Shown: positions 1-11,242, numbered from the stretch's first letter. The stretch: DNA of 64,000 nucleotides from Octopus vulgaris (GCA_951406725.2 OX597815.1:106454001-106518000), one strand, 5' to 3'. Notes: generated from the letters alone by a model not told the origin. Translations and numbers: made by a program.

Positions 1-1221
1 AGATGTTTACTGTCAACAACTAGTGAAACTGGAGAAAGCAATCGAAGAAAAACGGCCAGAATTGGCAAATGGTAAAGGAATCATATTCCACCATGGCAAT
101 GCTAGACTACACATGTCTTTGCCAACTCGTGAAAAATTATTAGAGCTTGGTTGGGAAGTGATGTCACATCCACCATATAGCCCTGACCTGGCACCATCAG
201 ATTATCATTTATTTCGAAGTCTGCAAAATTCTTTGAATGATAATATTTTCAATAATGATGATGACCTGAAATCGCACTTGCTTGAGTTTTTGGCTGATAA
301 GGACCAGAAGTTCTATGAGTGCGGAATCATGAAGTTGCCAGAAAGATGGCAAAAGGTCATCGATCGAAATGGAAAATATATAATTGATTAAAAAGAGTAA
401 AATGTGTATTAAACGAATATGAGAACAATCGATTATAGTGAAATTTGCGCCAACGAACCGATTATAATGAAATTTGGGGGAAATTTTTTTCCCAAGGGTG
501 TGGGAGAGGACGAGACATTTAGGAATTATTTTTTTGAGTCTAACGGAAAAGGGTTTGAAAATATAATTTTTAGATTTATTTTTCGTCTGAGTAATAGATA
601 AAGATTTTAACAAAGATCTCATGTATCATGGTAAGATAAACTGATTCATATGGTAAATCGTTCAGTTTACTTTCGTAAAAAAAAAGAAAGCAAAGGGACA
701 TAAATACAACTGATTTCTAACTTTGCTTATCTACCTATCATTTCTTACTGCTTTGTTTCAAGATATAAACAGGAATTGAAAAAACAAAAAAACTAATATA
801 AAAGTTATTGTCAACAACACGTTCTGATTTGACGAACGATTACGGTGTTGAATATGGTTTCACTTAGGAAAAGGGCAATTTACCTGCTGTTTTTAGCGCA
901 TCTCACGACCATCTGATGCCTTGTTTAATATTTTCGATTAATTACAAGTTCTCTCGGATTCCAATAAGCAAGTTAAGTCTAATGGGAATAGGTAGAGTGG
1001 TATTGAGTGTTTTACAGTATAAAAAATGCAAAAACACCATTAGGGTAAGAAGAGTTGTATTGAATGTTTAAAATCAGTTCATTGGTGCAAATTTTGGTCC
1101 TCGTATTCGTTTGATACACTTTCAACACCCTTTTTCTTGTTTTGTTGACCAGGTGTTAAACATAAACCAAAAAACGACTTGTTTCACACAAAAAAACCGA
1201 AGTTACTTTCTTGCCAACCTA
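1..1221 (+). mobile_element. Mariner (DD34D) transposon 3' part: transposase C-terminus (to 391) and right TIR (~1191-1221), interrupted by a MITE
   Basis: ORF 23-391 has HPPYSPDLAPSDYHLF and LPERWQKVID..GKY mariner motifs. The second catalytic D is mutated (HGN instead of HDN). aaaaaccgaagttactttcttgccaacctac resembles a mariner TIR. Confidence 0.85.
400..1125. mobile_element. Non-autonomous TIR element (MITE) nested in the mariner 3' end
   Basis: aaacgaatatgagaac...aaatttgcgccaacgaaccgatt (~411-463) is the approximate reverse complement of aatcagttcattggtgcaaattttggtcctcgtattcgttt (~1072-1112). No coding capacity. Confidence 0.55.
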
Positions 1222-1426
1222 CAGTTTTCCTGGTCAATTTTTTCCAGATATAATCAATTAAAAGCTATGCAAGCCCAACTATTTATGCTAGTTTCAATTA
1301 AATGTTTTCTTACTTTTTCATCACTATTCTGATTAAAACATTTAGCTCTGGTCTCTCATTGATAACTGGTGAAATACCATTTGATTAATGGTTAACTTGT
1401 ACACAAACACTTTAGTTTTAAATCTT

Positions 1427-1540
1427 CAGTATGTCTGTTAATCTGGATATGAAATTGTTATCCATTTGGTTAAACCTGCAGAGTAGATTGCAACTCAGTG
1501 ACATTTAAGGTTGGTGTGACTTCGTGAAATGCAAACATGA
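1427..1540 (+). ncRNA. Candidate box H/ACA snoRNA
   Basis: Hairpin (ttaatc-tggata/tatcca-ggttaa), H box AGAGTA 1480-1485, second hairpin closed by ttgca/tgcaa, ACA 1535-1537 plus 3 nt. Lies next to other snoRNAs. No target identified. Confidence 0.3.
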
Positions 1541-1552
1541 TTTAAAAGTTGA

Positions 1553-1718
1553 TCTGTAGCAAGATTAAATGAATTAGGATTTCCCATTGCTGTAGAAATA
1601 AATCTAAATACAGCATCAAAAATATCAGGACAGTTGTATGGTAGTATTGCGTGCTTGTAGGCAAAAGATGCTGCCCGATAAAGGTCTTGAATCATTTATC
1701 AAAGATTTAGGTACATAA
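1553..1718 (+). ncRNA. Candidate box H/ACA-like RNA
   Basis: tctgtagcaa/ttgctgtaga hairpin, ANANNA-type hinge (aaataa), 3' domain closed by atctaaat/atttaggt with an internal cagcatc/gatgctg stem, ACA at 1713-1715. Confidence 0.25.
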
Positions 1719-1841
1719 GTAGATTTTATCAGAAATGTTTGATGGATGGGCTTATGTAAATTTTGATCCAAATGAAGCTTCCAGTGTAGGATTTTAATCT
1801 TCTGGTTTATATCAATATTTCATTCTTAGCTAAATTGCATT

Positions 1842-1924
1842 TTGAGGAATGATGAAGATTAACTGGGTTTTCATGAGATGTAACATCGATGAGACCATGC
1901 TCACTAGACAGTAACTGACCTCAA
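1842..1924 (+). ncRNA. Box C/D snoRNA candidate (target not recognised)
   Basis: 6-bp terminal stem ttgagg/cctcaa, C box ATGATGA 1849-1855, D' ATGA 1873-1876, C' TCGATGA 1886-1892, D box CTGA 1915-1918, canonical 1-nt spacer. Confidence 0.7.
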
Positions 1925-2659
1925 TGCTATTAATCGATAATTTTTGTAGAGGTAGACTTCTATTGAGAAAGCTTTTCTAATGTGTAAGTTTTCAGTAGTT
2001 AGATTTAGATCTGTAATGAAGATGCTACTTAAAGTGAATCTGAAATGACACAATTTGAACTCATTTTAGAATATAAATAGAATTAGAATCTATATCTAAA
2101 TGTCTTAACCCTCTGAATAAAGACAGCTTGCGTGTGCTCTGCTTGCTGATAGAGAATCCAACTAGAATTTAAAAAAGGTTTTGTCATACAGTAGGACAGG
2201 AAAAGTGATTTGGATCATGAATGACAGAAAGCCTGTCGAATGATTAAGAAAGCTGGTGTATAGTTTTTTAAACAATACGTTTTGCTTAAGACGGGAAATA
2301 CATTCCTCCTGTATGAACGTTAACAAAGTGCATGTAAAATTATTTTAAAAAAAGTTATGCTATAGTAATATTTAGGTTAAATTCATCTAATGTTCTTTAG
2401 ATGGATTTGTTGAAAGACCCTTTCTTGATTGTCTGATTTATCTTTCACAAAGTATGTTCTTGAGTTTTTCGGTATTTTCTATTTACGATACTATGAATAG
2501 TAATTCATGTTTAAGTGTTGGTTTATGTTCCTTGACATGTGGGTAGTTACAGCTTTCTAGTTTAGTGTCATTGACTCTTCATTATATTTATTGAAATACA
2601 CAAATAATGTACACTTGGCTAGATGTTCAAGATTCATGCTTGTGTTAGTACTGGTTTTT

Positions 2660-2727
2660 CCAACATGATGATTTAATATCACAGACCTGTTCTGAAACTT
2701 CTGTGGAAACTTGATATATCTGATTGG
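2660..2727 (+). ncRNA. SNORD25: Box C/D snoRNA U25-like (guide for the 18S rRNA G equivalent to human Gm1490 / yeast snR56 site)
   Basis: Stem ccaa/ttgg, C box ATGATGA 2665-2671. Antisense ATCACAGACCTGTT 2678-2691 is complementary to conserved 18S AACAGGUCUGUGAU and lies directly before D' CTGA 2692-2695. D box CTGA 2720-2723. Confidence 0.85.
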
Positions 2728-3183
2728 TGTAAAGTTGAGCTTTAATACTTGAAATTTTATATGAAAGACTTGTACAAGTTACTGTGAACAGCACTACATA
2801 TCTTGTATTTGTTACTTCAGATATCTGACTGATTTTGTGTACATTTATTTTTCTCTAGGCTATAATGTTGCATTCATAGCATGCTATAGTTATTCTACTA
2901 CTTCAAAAGTGTATATATGTGAGCATAATGAAGTGAATTTGATGTATGTGGTTTCTACTTCGTTTCTCAACTGACCAGATTCTCTCATAAGAGCCAGGGT
3001 TAACATAATTATTGTCCATTTTTGTGAGAGCATGAATTATAAAGTGATCACGACTGTAGACACAAAAACGAAGTTGCTGTTAGATATTTCTCATTATGAT
3101 GCTCTTATTGTTGGTCACTTCATATTTCATTATGATAGTCCAGTAATTTTCATTGTAACTATATCTGTTGCTGTTTTCATGCT

Positions 3184-3280
3184 GAGAACAATGATGATGT
3201 ATTGAACATATTTGTTCGCGGTTTCCACCAGAGATGTATTCTGTGATGGTCACCTTCCTTTCTTGGATGTCTGAGTTCTC
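3184..3280 (+). ncRNA. SNORD14: U14 box C/D snoRNA, copy 1
   Basis: Stem gagaac/gttctc, C box ATGATGA 3191-3197, domain A TTCGCGGTTTCCACCAGA, domain B CCTTTCTTGGATGT directly before D box CTGA 3271-3274. Matches vertebrate U14 UUCGCAGUUUCCACCAGA and CCUUCCUUGGAUGUCUGA. Confidence 0.92.
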
Positions 3281-3830
3281 TTCTGCAGCAGTCTGATGTT
3301 ATGCTCATTTGACCATTTGCTTTTAACTGGTACAGTCTGCTGTAAACAATTTTAAATGCACTTGCTTAATTCTGGCATGAGAAGCTTTTTAACGCTTAAG
3401 GTTTTCATATTCACTATTACCGTCTCATTCATTAAGAAGTATCAAAATGGTTTTACAGCTGAATTACTTCTATACTAAGAACCTATTTAGTATGTCAAAA
3501 TTCAGTGATTTCATTTTAGCATGGTTTAGATAAATCTAAACTTCAAATCCTCTTTTGGTGTCTGTTTTACATGCTGGCATGGGTTAAACTGCTCAACATA
3601 TATGAGCAGGTCCAGGAAGAACTTTGGGTTCCATCGTGTTTTGGCTTCATTTCTGTAGCTGGATGCCCGTCTTATTGCCAACTCCACTGTACTAAGTGCT
3701 TTCACTGTAACACCAGTACTTCTTCATGGCTGACACACATACATGTGTAGAACGTTTACGCAAATTATTAAGGATATTATGTCGTAAGCTAATTTGTCAT
3801 TCTGACCATAATTCAGCTTTTGATGTTCCA

Positions 3831-3928
3831 GAGAACAATGATGATGTATTGAACATAATTTGTTCGCGGTTTCCACCAGAGATGTATTCTATGAAGGTCA
3901 CCTTCCTTTCTTGGATGTCTGAGTTCTC
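3831..3928 (+). ncRNA. SNORD14: U14 snoRNA, copy 2
   Basis: Same boxes, stem and domains A/B; 1-nt insertion upstream of domain A. Confidence 0.9.
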
Positions 3929-4457
3929 TCCTGCAGCAGTCTGATGTTATGCTCATTTGACCATTCGCTTTTAACTGGTACAGTTTGCTGTAAACAATTT
4001 TTAATACATTAGCTTAATTCTGGCATGACAAGCTTTTTAAAACTTAGTTTTCATATCCACTATCGTCTCCTTCATTAAGAAGTATCAAAATTGTTTTTAC
4101 AGCTGAATTACATCCTATGAATCTACTTTAAAAGAGGACACTTAATGTCAAAATTCAATGATTTCATTTCAACATATCAACTTTGTGTCCGTTTTACATG
4201 CTGGCATGGGTTAAATGCCTAAACATAAATGAGCTGGGCCAGGAAGCACTTTACGTTCCATCTTCTGTTTTGGCTTGGTTTCTATAGCTGGATGCCCTTA
4301 TGCCAACTCCTGTACTAGGTGCTTTCAATGTAACACCAGTACTTCTTCATGGCTCACACCCAATCATGTGTAGAACGTTTACACAATTATTAAGGATATT
4401 GTATGATAAGCTAATTTTTTGTCATTCTGACCTCTTAACCTAGCATTTGATGTTCCA

Positions 4458-4554
4458 GAGAACAATGATGATGTATTGAACATATTTGTTCGCGGTTTCC
4501 ACCAGAGATGTATTCTATGAAGGTCACCTTCCTTTCTTGGATGTCTGAGTTCTC
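4458..4554 (+). ncRNA. SNORD14: U14 snoRNA, copy 3
   Basis: Intact C/D boxes, terminal stem, domains A and B. Confidence 0.9.
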
Positions 4555-5388
4555 TTCTGCAGCAGTCTGATGTTATGCTCATTTGACTATTCATTCCCTT
4601 TTAACTGGTAGTTTGATTGCTGTAAGCAATGTTAAAACTTTCGTTAATATATTTCTAACAAAAATACACCCCTTAGGAGTTTCAATTAAACTTCTAACAT
4701 AATCATGAATTTAGTCTGGTTTCATAAAACATTTTCATTTATCAATATATTGCCATTTTTGGAAGATAATTTTACGAAACATTCTCAACCAATTCCATAC
4801 CATAATTTTTGTCACAAAGTGGCTCTAATTACAGAAGATACAGGTACATTCAACAAGATATAAAGTCATTAAAATTTTTGTTCAAACACTGCTATAGGAA
4901 ATGGATTATTAGCTAATATTCAATTGGGTATACAACAAAATTTTACTATAGAAGAGTTGTGTACATTACTGGATTCATCAGGTGAATTTAAGCACAAAGG
5001 TCGGGTGTACCATGAAGGTATAAGTAAAATGAAAGACCGGAATTTGAAGAAAACTAGAAAACAAAATACCATCAACTAGATTATATAAGCTCTCTCACAT
5101 AGATACACAGATACAATAAGGTATAGAAGAATTTAATCAAAATTTGTCATTCACCTTAGAGGTAAATTAAAATTACATGAAAGATAAAAACGAAGTAAAT
5201 TTGAAAATATAAAATGTAACATTTGATGCCCGTCTCAATGCCAACTCCTGCACTATGTGCTTTCAATGTTACACCAGTACTTCATGGCTCGCACCCATAC
5301 ATGTGTAGAACATTTACAGTTATTAAGGATATTATATCATAAGCTAATTTTTTGTCATTCTGACCGTAATCCAGCTTTTGATGTTCCA

Positions 5389-5485
5389 GAGAACAATGAT
5401 GATGTATTGAACATATTTGTTCGCGGTTTCCACCAGAGATGTATTCTATGAAGGTCACCTTCCTTTCTTGGATGTCTGAGTTCTC
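5389..5485 (+). ncRNA. SNORD14: U14 snoRNA, copy 4
   Basis: Intact C/D boxes, terminal stem, domains A and B. Confidence 0.9.
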
Positions 5486-5999
5486 TCCTGCAACAGTCTG
5501 ATGTTATGCTCATTTGACCATTCACTTTTAACTGGGACAGTTTGTTGTAAACAATTTTTAATACGTTAGCTTAATTCTGGCATGACGAGCTTTTTAAAAC
5601 TTAGTTTTCATATCCATTATCGCCTCATTCATTAAGAAGTATCAAAATTGTTTTTGCAGCTGAATTACATCCTATGAATCTACTTTAAAAGAGGACACTT
5701 AATGTCAAAATTCAAGGATTCCATTTTAACATATCAACTTTTTGTGTCTGTTTTACATGCTGGCATGGGTTAAATGAGCAGGGCCAGGGAGCACTTTACG
5801 TTCCATCTTCTGTTTTGGCTTGGTTTCTATAGCTGGATGCTCTTGTGCCAACTCCTGTACTAGGTGCTTTCAATGTAACATCAGTACTTCATGGCTCACA
5901 CCCATACATATGTAGAACGTTAACACAATTATTAAGGATATTGTATGATAAGCTAATTTTTTGTCATTCTGACCTCTTAACCTAGCATTTGATGTTCTA

Positions 6000-6100
6000 G
6001 AGAACAATGATGATGTATTGAACATATTTGTTCGCGGTTTCCACCAGAGATGTATTCTATGAAGGTCACCTTCCTTTCTTCTCTTCAGCAGTCTGATGTT
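6000..6100 (+). pseudogene. SNORD14: U14 snoRNA copy 5 with a 13-nt deletion removing the end of domain B and box D
   Basis: Reads ccttcctttctt|ctcttcagcagtctga, lacking ggatgtctgagtt. C box and domain A are intact. Confidence 0.85.
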
Positions 6101-6899
6101 ATGCTCATTTGACTATTCATTCCCTTTTAACTGGTACAGTTTGATTGCTGTAAACAATGTTAAACCTTTCGTTAATATATTTCTAACAAAAATACACCCC
6201 TTAGGTGTTTCAATTAATTTGTAACATAATCATGAATTTAGTCTGGTTTCATAAAACATATTTTTATTTATCAAAATATTGTGATTTTTGGAAGATAATT
6301 TTACGAAACATTCTCAATCAATTCCATACCATAATTTTTGTCACAACGTAGCTCTAATTACAGAAGATACAGGTACATTCAACAAGATATAAAGTCATTA
6401 AAATTTGTTCAAACACTGCTATGGAAAATGGGTTATTAGCTAATATTCAATTGGGTATACAACAAAATTTTACTATAGAAGAGTTGTGTACATTACTGGA
6501 TTCATCAGGTGAATTTAAGCACAAAGGACAGGTGTACCATGAAGGTATAAGTAAAATGAAAGACCGGAATTTGAAGAAAACTAGAAAACAAAATACCATC
6601 AACTAGATAATATAAGCACTCACACATACACAGATACAATAATGTATAGATACATAGAATAATGATTTACAAAAGAAATTAATCAAAATTTGTCGCTCAT
6701 CGTAGAGGTAAATTAAAATTACATGAAAGATAAAAACAAAGTAAATTTGAAAATATAAAATAAAACATTTGATGCCCGTCTTAATGCCAACTCCTGCACT
6801 AGGTGCTTTCAATGTAACACCCATACATGTGTAGAACATTTACACAATTATTAAGGATATATCATAAGCTCTGACCTTAATCCAGCTTTTGATGTTCCA

Positions 6900-6996
6900 G
6901 AGAACAATGATGATGTATTGAACATATTTGTTCGCGGTTTCCACCAGAGATGTATTCTATGAAGGTCACCTTCCTTTCTTGGATGTCTGAGTTCTC
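6900..6996 (+). ncRNA. SNORD14: U14 snoRNA, copy 6
   Basis: Intact C/D boxes, terminal stem, domains A and B. Confidence 0.9.
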
Positions 6997-7528
6997 TCCT
7001 GCAGCAGTCTGATGTTATGCTCATTTGACCATTCGCTTTTAACTGGTACAGTTTGCTGTAAACAATTTTAAATACATTAGCTTAATTCTGGTATGACGAG
7101 CTTTTTAGAACTTAGTTTTCATATCCACTATCGTCTCCTTCATTAAGAAATATCAAAATTGTTTTTACAGCTGAATTACATCCTATGAACCTACTTTAAA
7201 AGAGGACACTTAATGTCAAAATTCAATGATTTCATTTCAACATATCAACTTTTTGTGTCCGTTTTACATGCTGGTATGGCTTAAATGCCTAAACATAAAT
7301 GAGCAGGGCCAGGGAGCACTTTACGTTCCATCTTCTGTTTTGGCTTGGTTTCTATAGCTGGATGCCCTTATGCCAACTCCTGTACTAGGTGCTTTCAATG
7401 TAACACCAGTACTTCTTCATGGCTCACACCCAATCATGTGTAGAACGTTTACACAATTATTAAGGATATTGTATGATAAGCTAATTTTTTTGTCATTCTG
7501 ACCTCTTAACCTAGCATTTGATGTTCCA

Positions 7529-7625
7529 GAGAACAATGATGATGTATTGAACATATTTGTTCGCGGTTTCCACCAGAGATGTATTCTATGAAGGTCACCT
7601 TCCTTTCTTGGATGTCTGAGTTCTC
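7529..7625 (+). ncRNA. SNORD14: U14 snoRNA, copy 7
   Basis: Intact C/D boxes, terminal stem, domains A and B. The array breaks off right after it. Confidence 0.9.
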
Positions 7626-8085
7626 TTTGGTGCAGTTCTTGGTCTTCAGTTTGCTGTACTGAATAATTTACAAATTAGGTCCATTTATAGGACAATTTCA
7701 CTCTCCCTGTGTTGGCTATAGTTTATAAATCAGTAGTCTTGATTAGATACAATAAATCTTTTGGAACTTCTCATTGTGGTTAATATTGTGATCTGCTTAT
7801 GGCAATTTTTCCTCAAAGAGGATGGATATCTATATAAATAGGTAGCAGCCATGCTTCCACCAATACATGTATACATGCACACACAACTGAAATGGAAGTT
7901 CCAATGAATCTACTTCCCCCCCCCTGTGTTTCCATGTGCCTTAGTGTGGTTATTTTGAAACGCCAATAGAGACCTTGCCAGTTAGCTGACATAAAGCAAT
8001 AAAAAAATTGCAATACAATTAGTGGCAAAATCACATTCCATTTGAAAAAATGAGTGGGATGATATTTCACTGTTGTAATGTTGGT

Positions 8086-8141
8086 GGATGATGTATTGAA
8101 CTTAATTGTTCGGTTTCCACCAGAGATACACTATGAAGGTT
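8086..8141 (+). pseudogene. SNORD14: Degenerate U14 remnant
   Basis: ggatgatgtattgaacttaattgttcggtttccaccagagatacactatgaaggt: mutated C box, 2-nt deletion in domain A, no domain B or box D. Confidence 0.75.
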
Positions 8142-8580
8142 AATTTAACTTTAAATAGTACAGACTGTCTGTATATGACACCTATGTATGTATGTGTGTG
8201 TGTGTGTATATATAAATATATACACCACCACACACACACACACATACTCATCCATGAATATGTAAAATTTTTTATTACTATAGCCGTATCACAGCTTGTA
8301 CATAGTGGTTGCATCTGGTTGTGAACTCCAGTGTGACAGCTGCACTTCAAATATTCGTGTGTAAACCAGTTCAACTGTGCTGAAAGATCTATAGTTCTTT
8401 CGAGTCCTACTTTGATTCTTTATACATCACAAAATTTGCTATCAATGCTGGTGTTTGCTTCCCAAGCAATTGGGTTTTGCCTCACTACATGGAACCTTGG
8501 ATAATTATCTTCTGCATCTTTCTGCTGACAAAGGCCTTGAGTAGATTTGGAAGACTGACAGAAGCCTGTTTTTGTATATT

Positions 8581-8830
8581 CAGAGTGGGCCATGATGATG
8601 GGGACAGTTCAACACATCGAAGATTTTGCAATTTTTTTTTTTATAGGTAGTTGGTATTGTCGTATGCTTATATTATCAAAGCATACATTACTAGCCAAGG
8701 ATCTATTGCAGCCCTGAGAAAATTCCGACAGCACTTTAAAAAGCAACAGAAAAGCTCATGGATGTTCTCTGGTGGTGGTGTCCATCTCCAAGATGTGATT
8801 TTCAAATCTTAGATACGTTGACCTATGTGT
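8581..8830 (+). mobile_element. Internally deleted Tc1/mariner-superfamily element
   Basis: cagagtgggcca TIR-like start. N-terminal fragment IKAYITSQGSIAALRKFRQHF is joined to C-terminal GGGVHLQDVIFKS*. Confidence 0.55.
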
Positions 8831-8939
8831 CAGTTAGGTAATATATTTGGTGCTCAGTCATTTTTAAAATCCTATATACTAGCATTTATGAACTAGTGGC
8901 TTACAATTCCATTTGATTAAATTAATGCTTAAGTAATGT

Positions 8940-10290
8940 GACAAATGACAGTGATGGTAAGATCTAAAGTTGATGGATGATGTCAAGATTTGAATGGAGA
9001 GTTAATTGCATTTTTGAAGGTCAAAGAGTTGGATGATAACGATCTAGACGTAAGTGCTTCAGAAACAATGCCAAATTACTCAATGGACAAAATATTTCCA
9101 TTTATAGGATGAGAGCATTCAAATACCTCTGCAACCTATTTACTGCTCAACAAAAAGCTAAAATGATAAAACCAAAACGCAGAATAAACAAATTAAATAC
9201 AACTGCTTGAGAAGTTGTATTTACTGTGTTTACTGTTACGAATGGGATTGTCTAAAAGTGGGGCTATGACAGACATCCACAAAAGGGAAGACACTCTAGA
9301 AACAGGTTTCAACTTGTAAACTGTTTTAGTTAAGATGCTGAACAGGCAAAGATGACACCAGCTAAGATTCATCCATTGATTGATGCTTTGAAGAATTACA
9401 GGGAGATCTTTCCAGAAGAAATAATTGGCAAGTCTTTGGTATCATTGGAGGGGTTGCTTAATTAGACAATATATCACTAATTAAAGCCATTAATATGGAA
9501 TATAGCTACTCATGTTTTGTGTTCTAAGTGGATATACTTTCATGTGATGAGTGGCCAGAAAAAGTCCAGCGAAAAATGAGAAAGATTAGTGTACAACGTG
9601 AACTTAGCAAAGCATTCAAATGAAGGAAGAACACTGCACAATGTTTACGAGTTAGAAAAAAAAAATGCTGTTAGTCAGAAATAAAATTTGCAAACACCTT
9701 TGTAAAGTACATTGCAGAAGGGAGAGATGATTGCATTTGAAGATGACAATGGAATAGCCGTCTTGAAATAGAAAGATAAAGAGATGTAAGAATGCTATCA
9801 ACTAAGCATAGAATAAAACTACTGGAAATACAAAAATACATGAGACATAGGTATGCTTGGTCCTTAACCTCAAAGAAAAATATATATCAGGAAGTGTCAT
9901 GAAGTCCGGGATAGTATTTTACAATAAAAAGGCAAAGTAGGAATAGCTCTGTTACAACTCTAGTTGAAGTTACCAAATGATGCTGAAAGCTTGGAAGAGA
10001 GTTGTTTGGATTATCAATTCATATATTGTTTACAAAACCAACTGGTAGAAATATTACAAGAAAATTAAGAAAATGTATAGATAGATCCCTGATAAAAATG
10101 TACAAAAATGCATAGGCTGGGCCAAGTAAATCCTCAAAGTTCTTGTGTGCAAGCCTTGCTATGCAAGAATTCTGATAATGAAAAAAAAGAAGTACTATTG
10201 TAGTGGTCATGAAGGTAGCCTGTTTCAGGAAAATTCATGACTAATCTAATATAAATGTGGAAAACTAATTTGTGTTATTGTATCACACTC
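8940..10290 (+). mobile_element. Decayed piggyBac (PGBD4-like) transposase
   Basis: Frameshifted fragments RNRFQ, KIHPLID, RQYI, YGI, GIAVLK*KDK.DVRMLSTKH, YN. Confidence 0.7.
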
Positions 10291-10569
10291 TGACCCCTGC
10301 TCTTTATTCATTGACCCTGTTTACTATTCATGTTGGGGTGAGAGTAATTGTAGGCATAGAAACAGTAGTAGATTGATGGTTGTGATAAAGTGGAGGACTT
10401 AGAAGCAAACTGAAAAAGATGCGTGTTGAATTGGATTTTAAGGAAAAAATTATTTTGTCCAACCCCTGTAAGTTTATTTGTAATAACTTGTAAGTACTCA
10501 TTTTGTTGTGGGGCAGGGTTCTTAATGTTTCGGTGCCATAAAGGATGACTGGGCTCCATGGTTGTAGAT

Positions 10570-11166
10570 CTTCAGAGATAAGAGACATCAGATGAGTGTG
10601 CTGGTATGGTCATTCGATGCATATGGATGTGGACAGCTATGGAGGAAACATGTGGTAGTGGTAGACCCACAAGACATGGGACAAAGTGGTGAAGTATGCC
10701 TCACAGAAGCAATGACTAGTGACAGACTATTGGCAATATGCAAGCCAATTCGAATTGTTATGGCTGATGTTGGAGTTGTGTAACTGGCACCCATGCTGGT
10801 GGCATGTAAAAAGCACTGTTGGAGCATTGGGCCTCCTAGAAGCGAAGTGGCTGAAGACTTTTTGAGTGTTTGGCCTCGCAGAGGCAAAGTGGCCGAGTTC
10901 CTTTCCAGCGTTGGGTCTTGCAGAGGCAATGACTGAGACCTTTGGCATTATATTGTGATCAAGAAGATGACTATCTAGCCAGGCGATATTGCAGTCATGG
11001 CAGATACTGATGTCATGCAAATGGCATCTGTGCTGCTGGTACGTAAAAAGACCCATTACATTTTGGAGTGGTTGGTGTTTGGAAGGGCATCCATCTGGTG
11101 CAGCTTACCAACTATTGTCAAACTCCAACCTATTCCAGCATGGACAAGGGATGTTAAATGATGATT
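10570..11166 (+). mobile_element. RTE-clade LINE 3' fragment
   Basis: Decayed WYGH...GRP..TW..VVK end, 3' UTR homologous to 34620-35236, ending ccagcatgga...gttaaatgatgat. Confidence 0.7.
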
Positions 11167-11242
11167 GTGGATCCTCAGTACTATTTAGTTGGATTGCCTT
11201 GAATCCAAATATATCACCTGATCTGAGACTTTGTTGTGTAAG

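Larger units (their letters stand above)
3184..7625 (+). repeat. Tandem array carrying U14, alternating ~625-bp and ~915-bp units (higher-order period ~1.51-1.56 kb)
   Basis: U14 starts 3184, 3831, 4458, 5389, 6000, 6900, 7529 (spacings 647, 627, 931, 611, 900, 629). Spacers are homologous and contain decayed RTE-tail pieces. Confidence 0.92.

Noticed and set aside
3726-5451. Repeated short ORFs (FDVPENNDDVLNI...) in the tandem array
   Set aside because: Frames are not preserved between units. The conserved part is explained by U14 boxes and antisense elements.
8592-8700. ATGATGA as box C of another snoRNA
   Set aside because: Lies in the TIR region of a deleted Tc1/mariner-like element; no matching D box with terminal stem.
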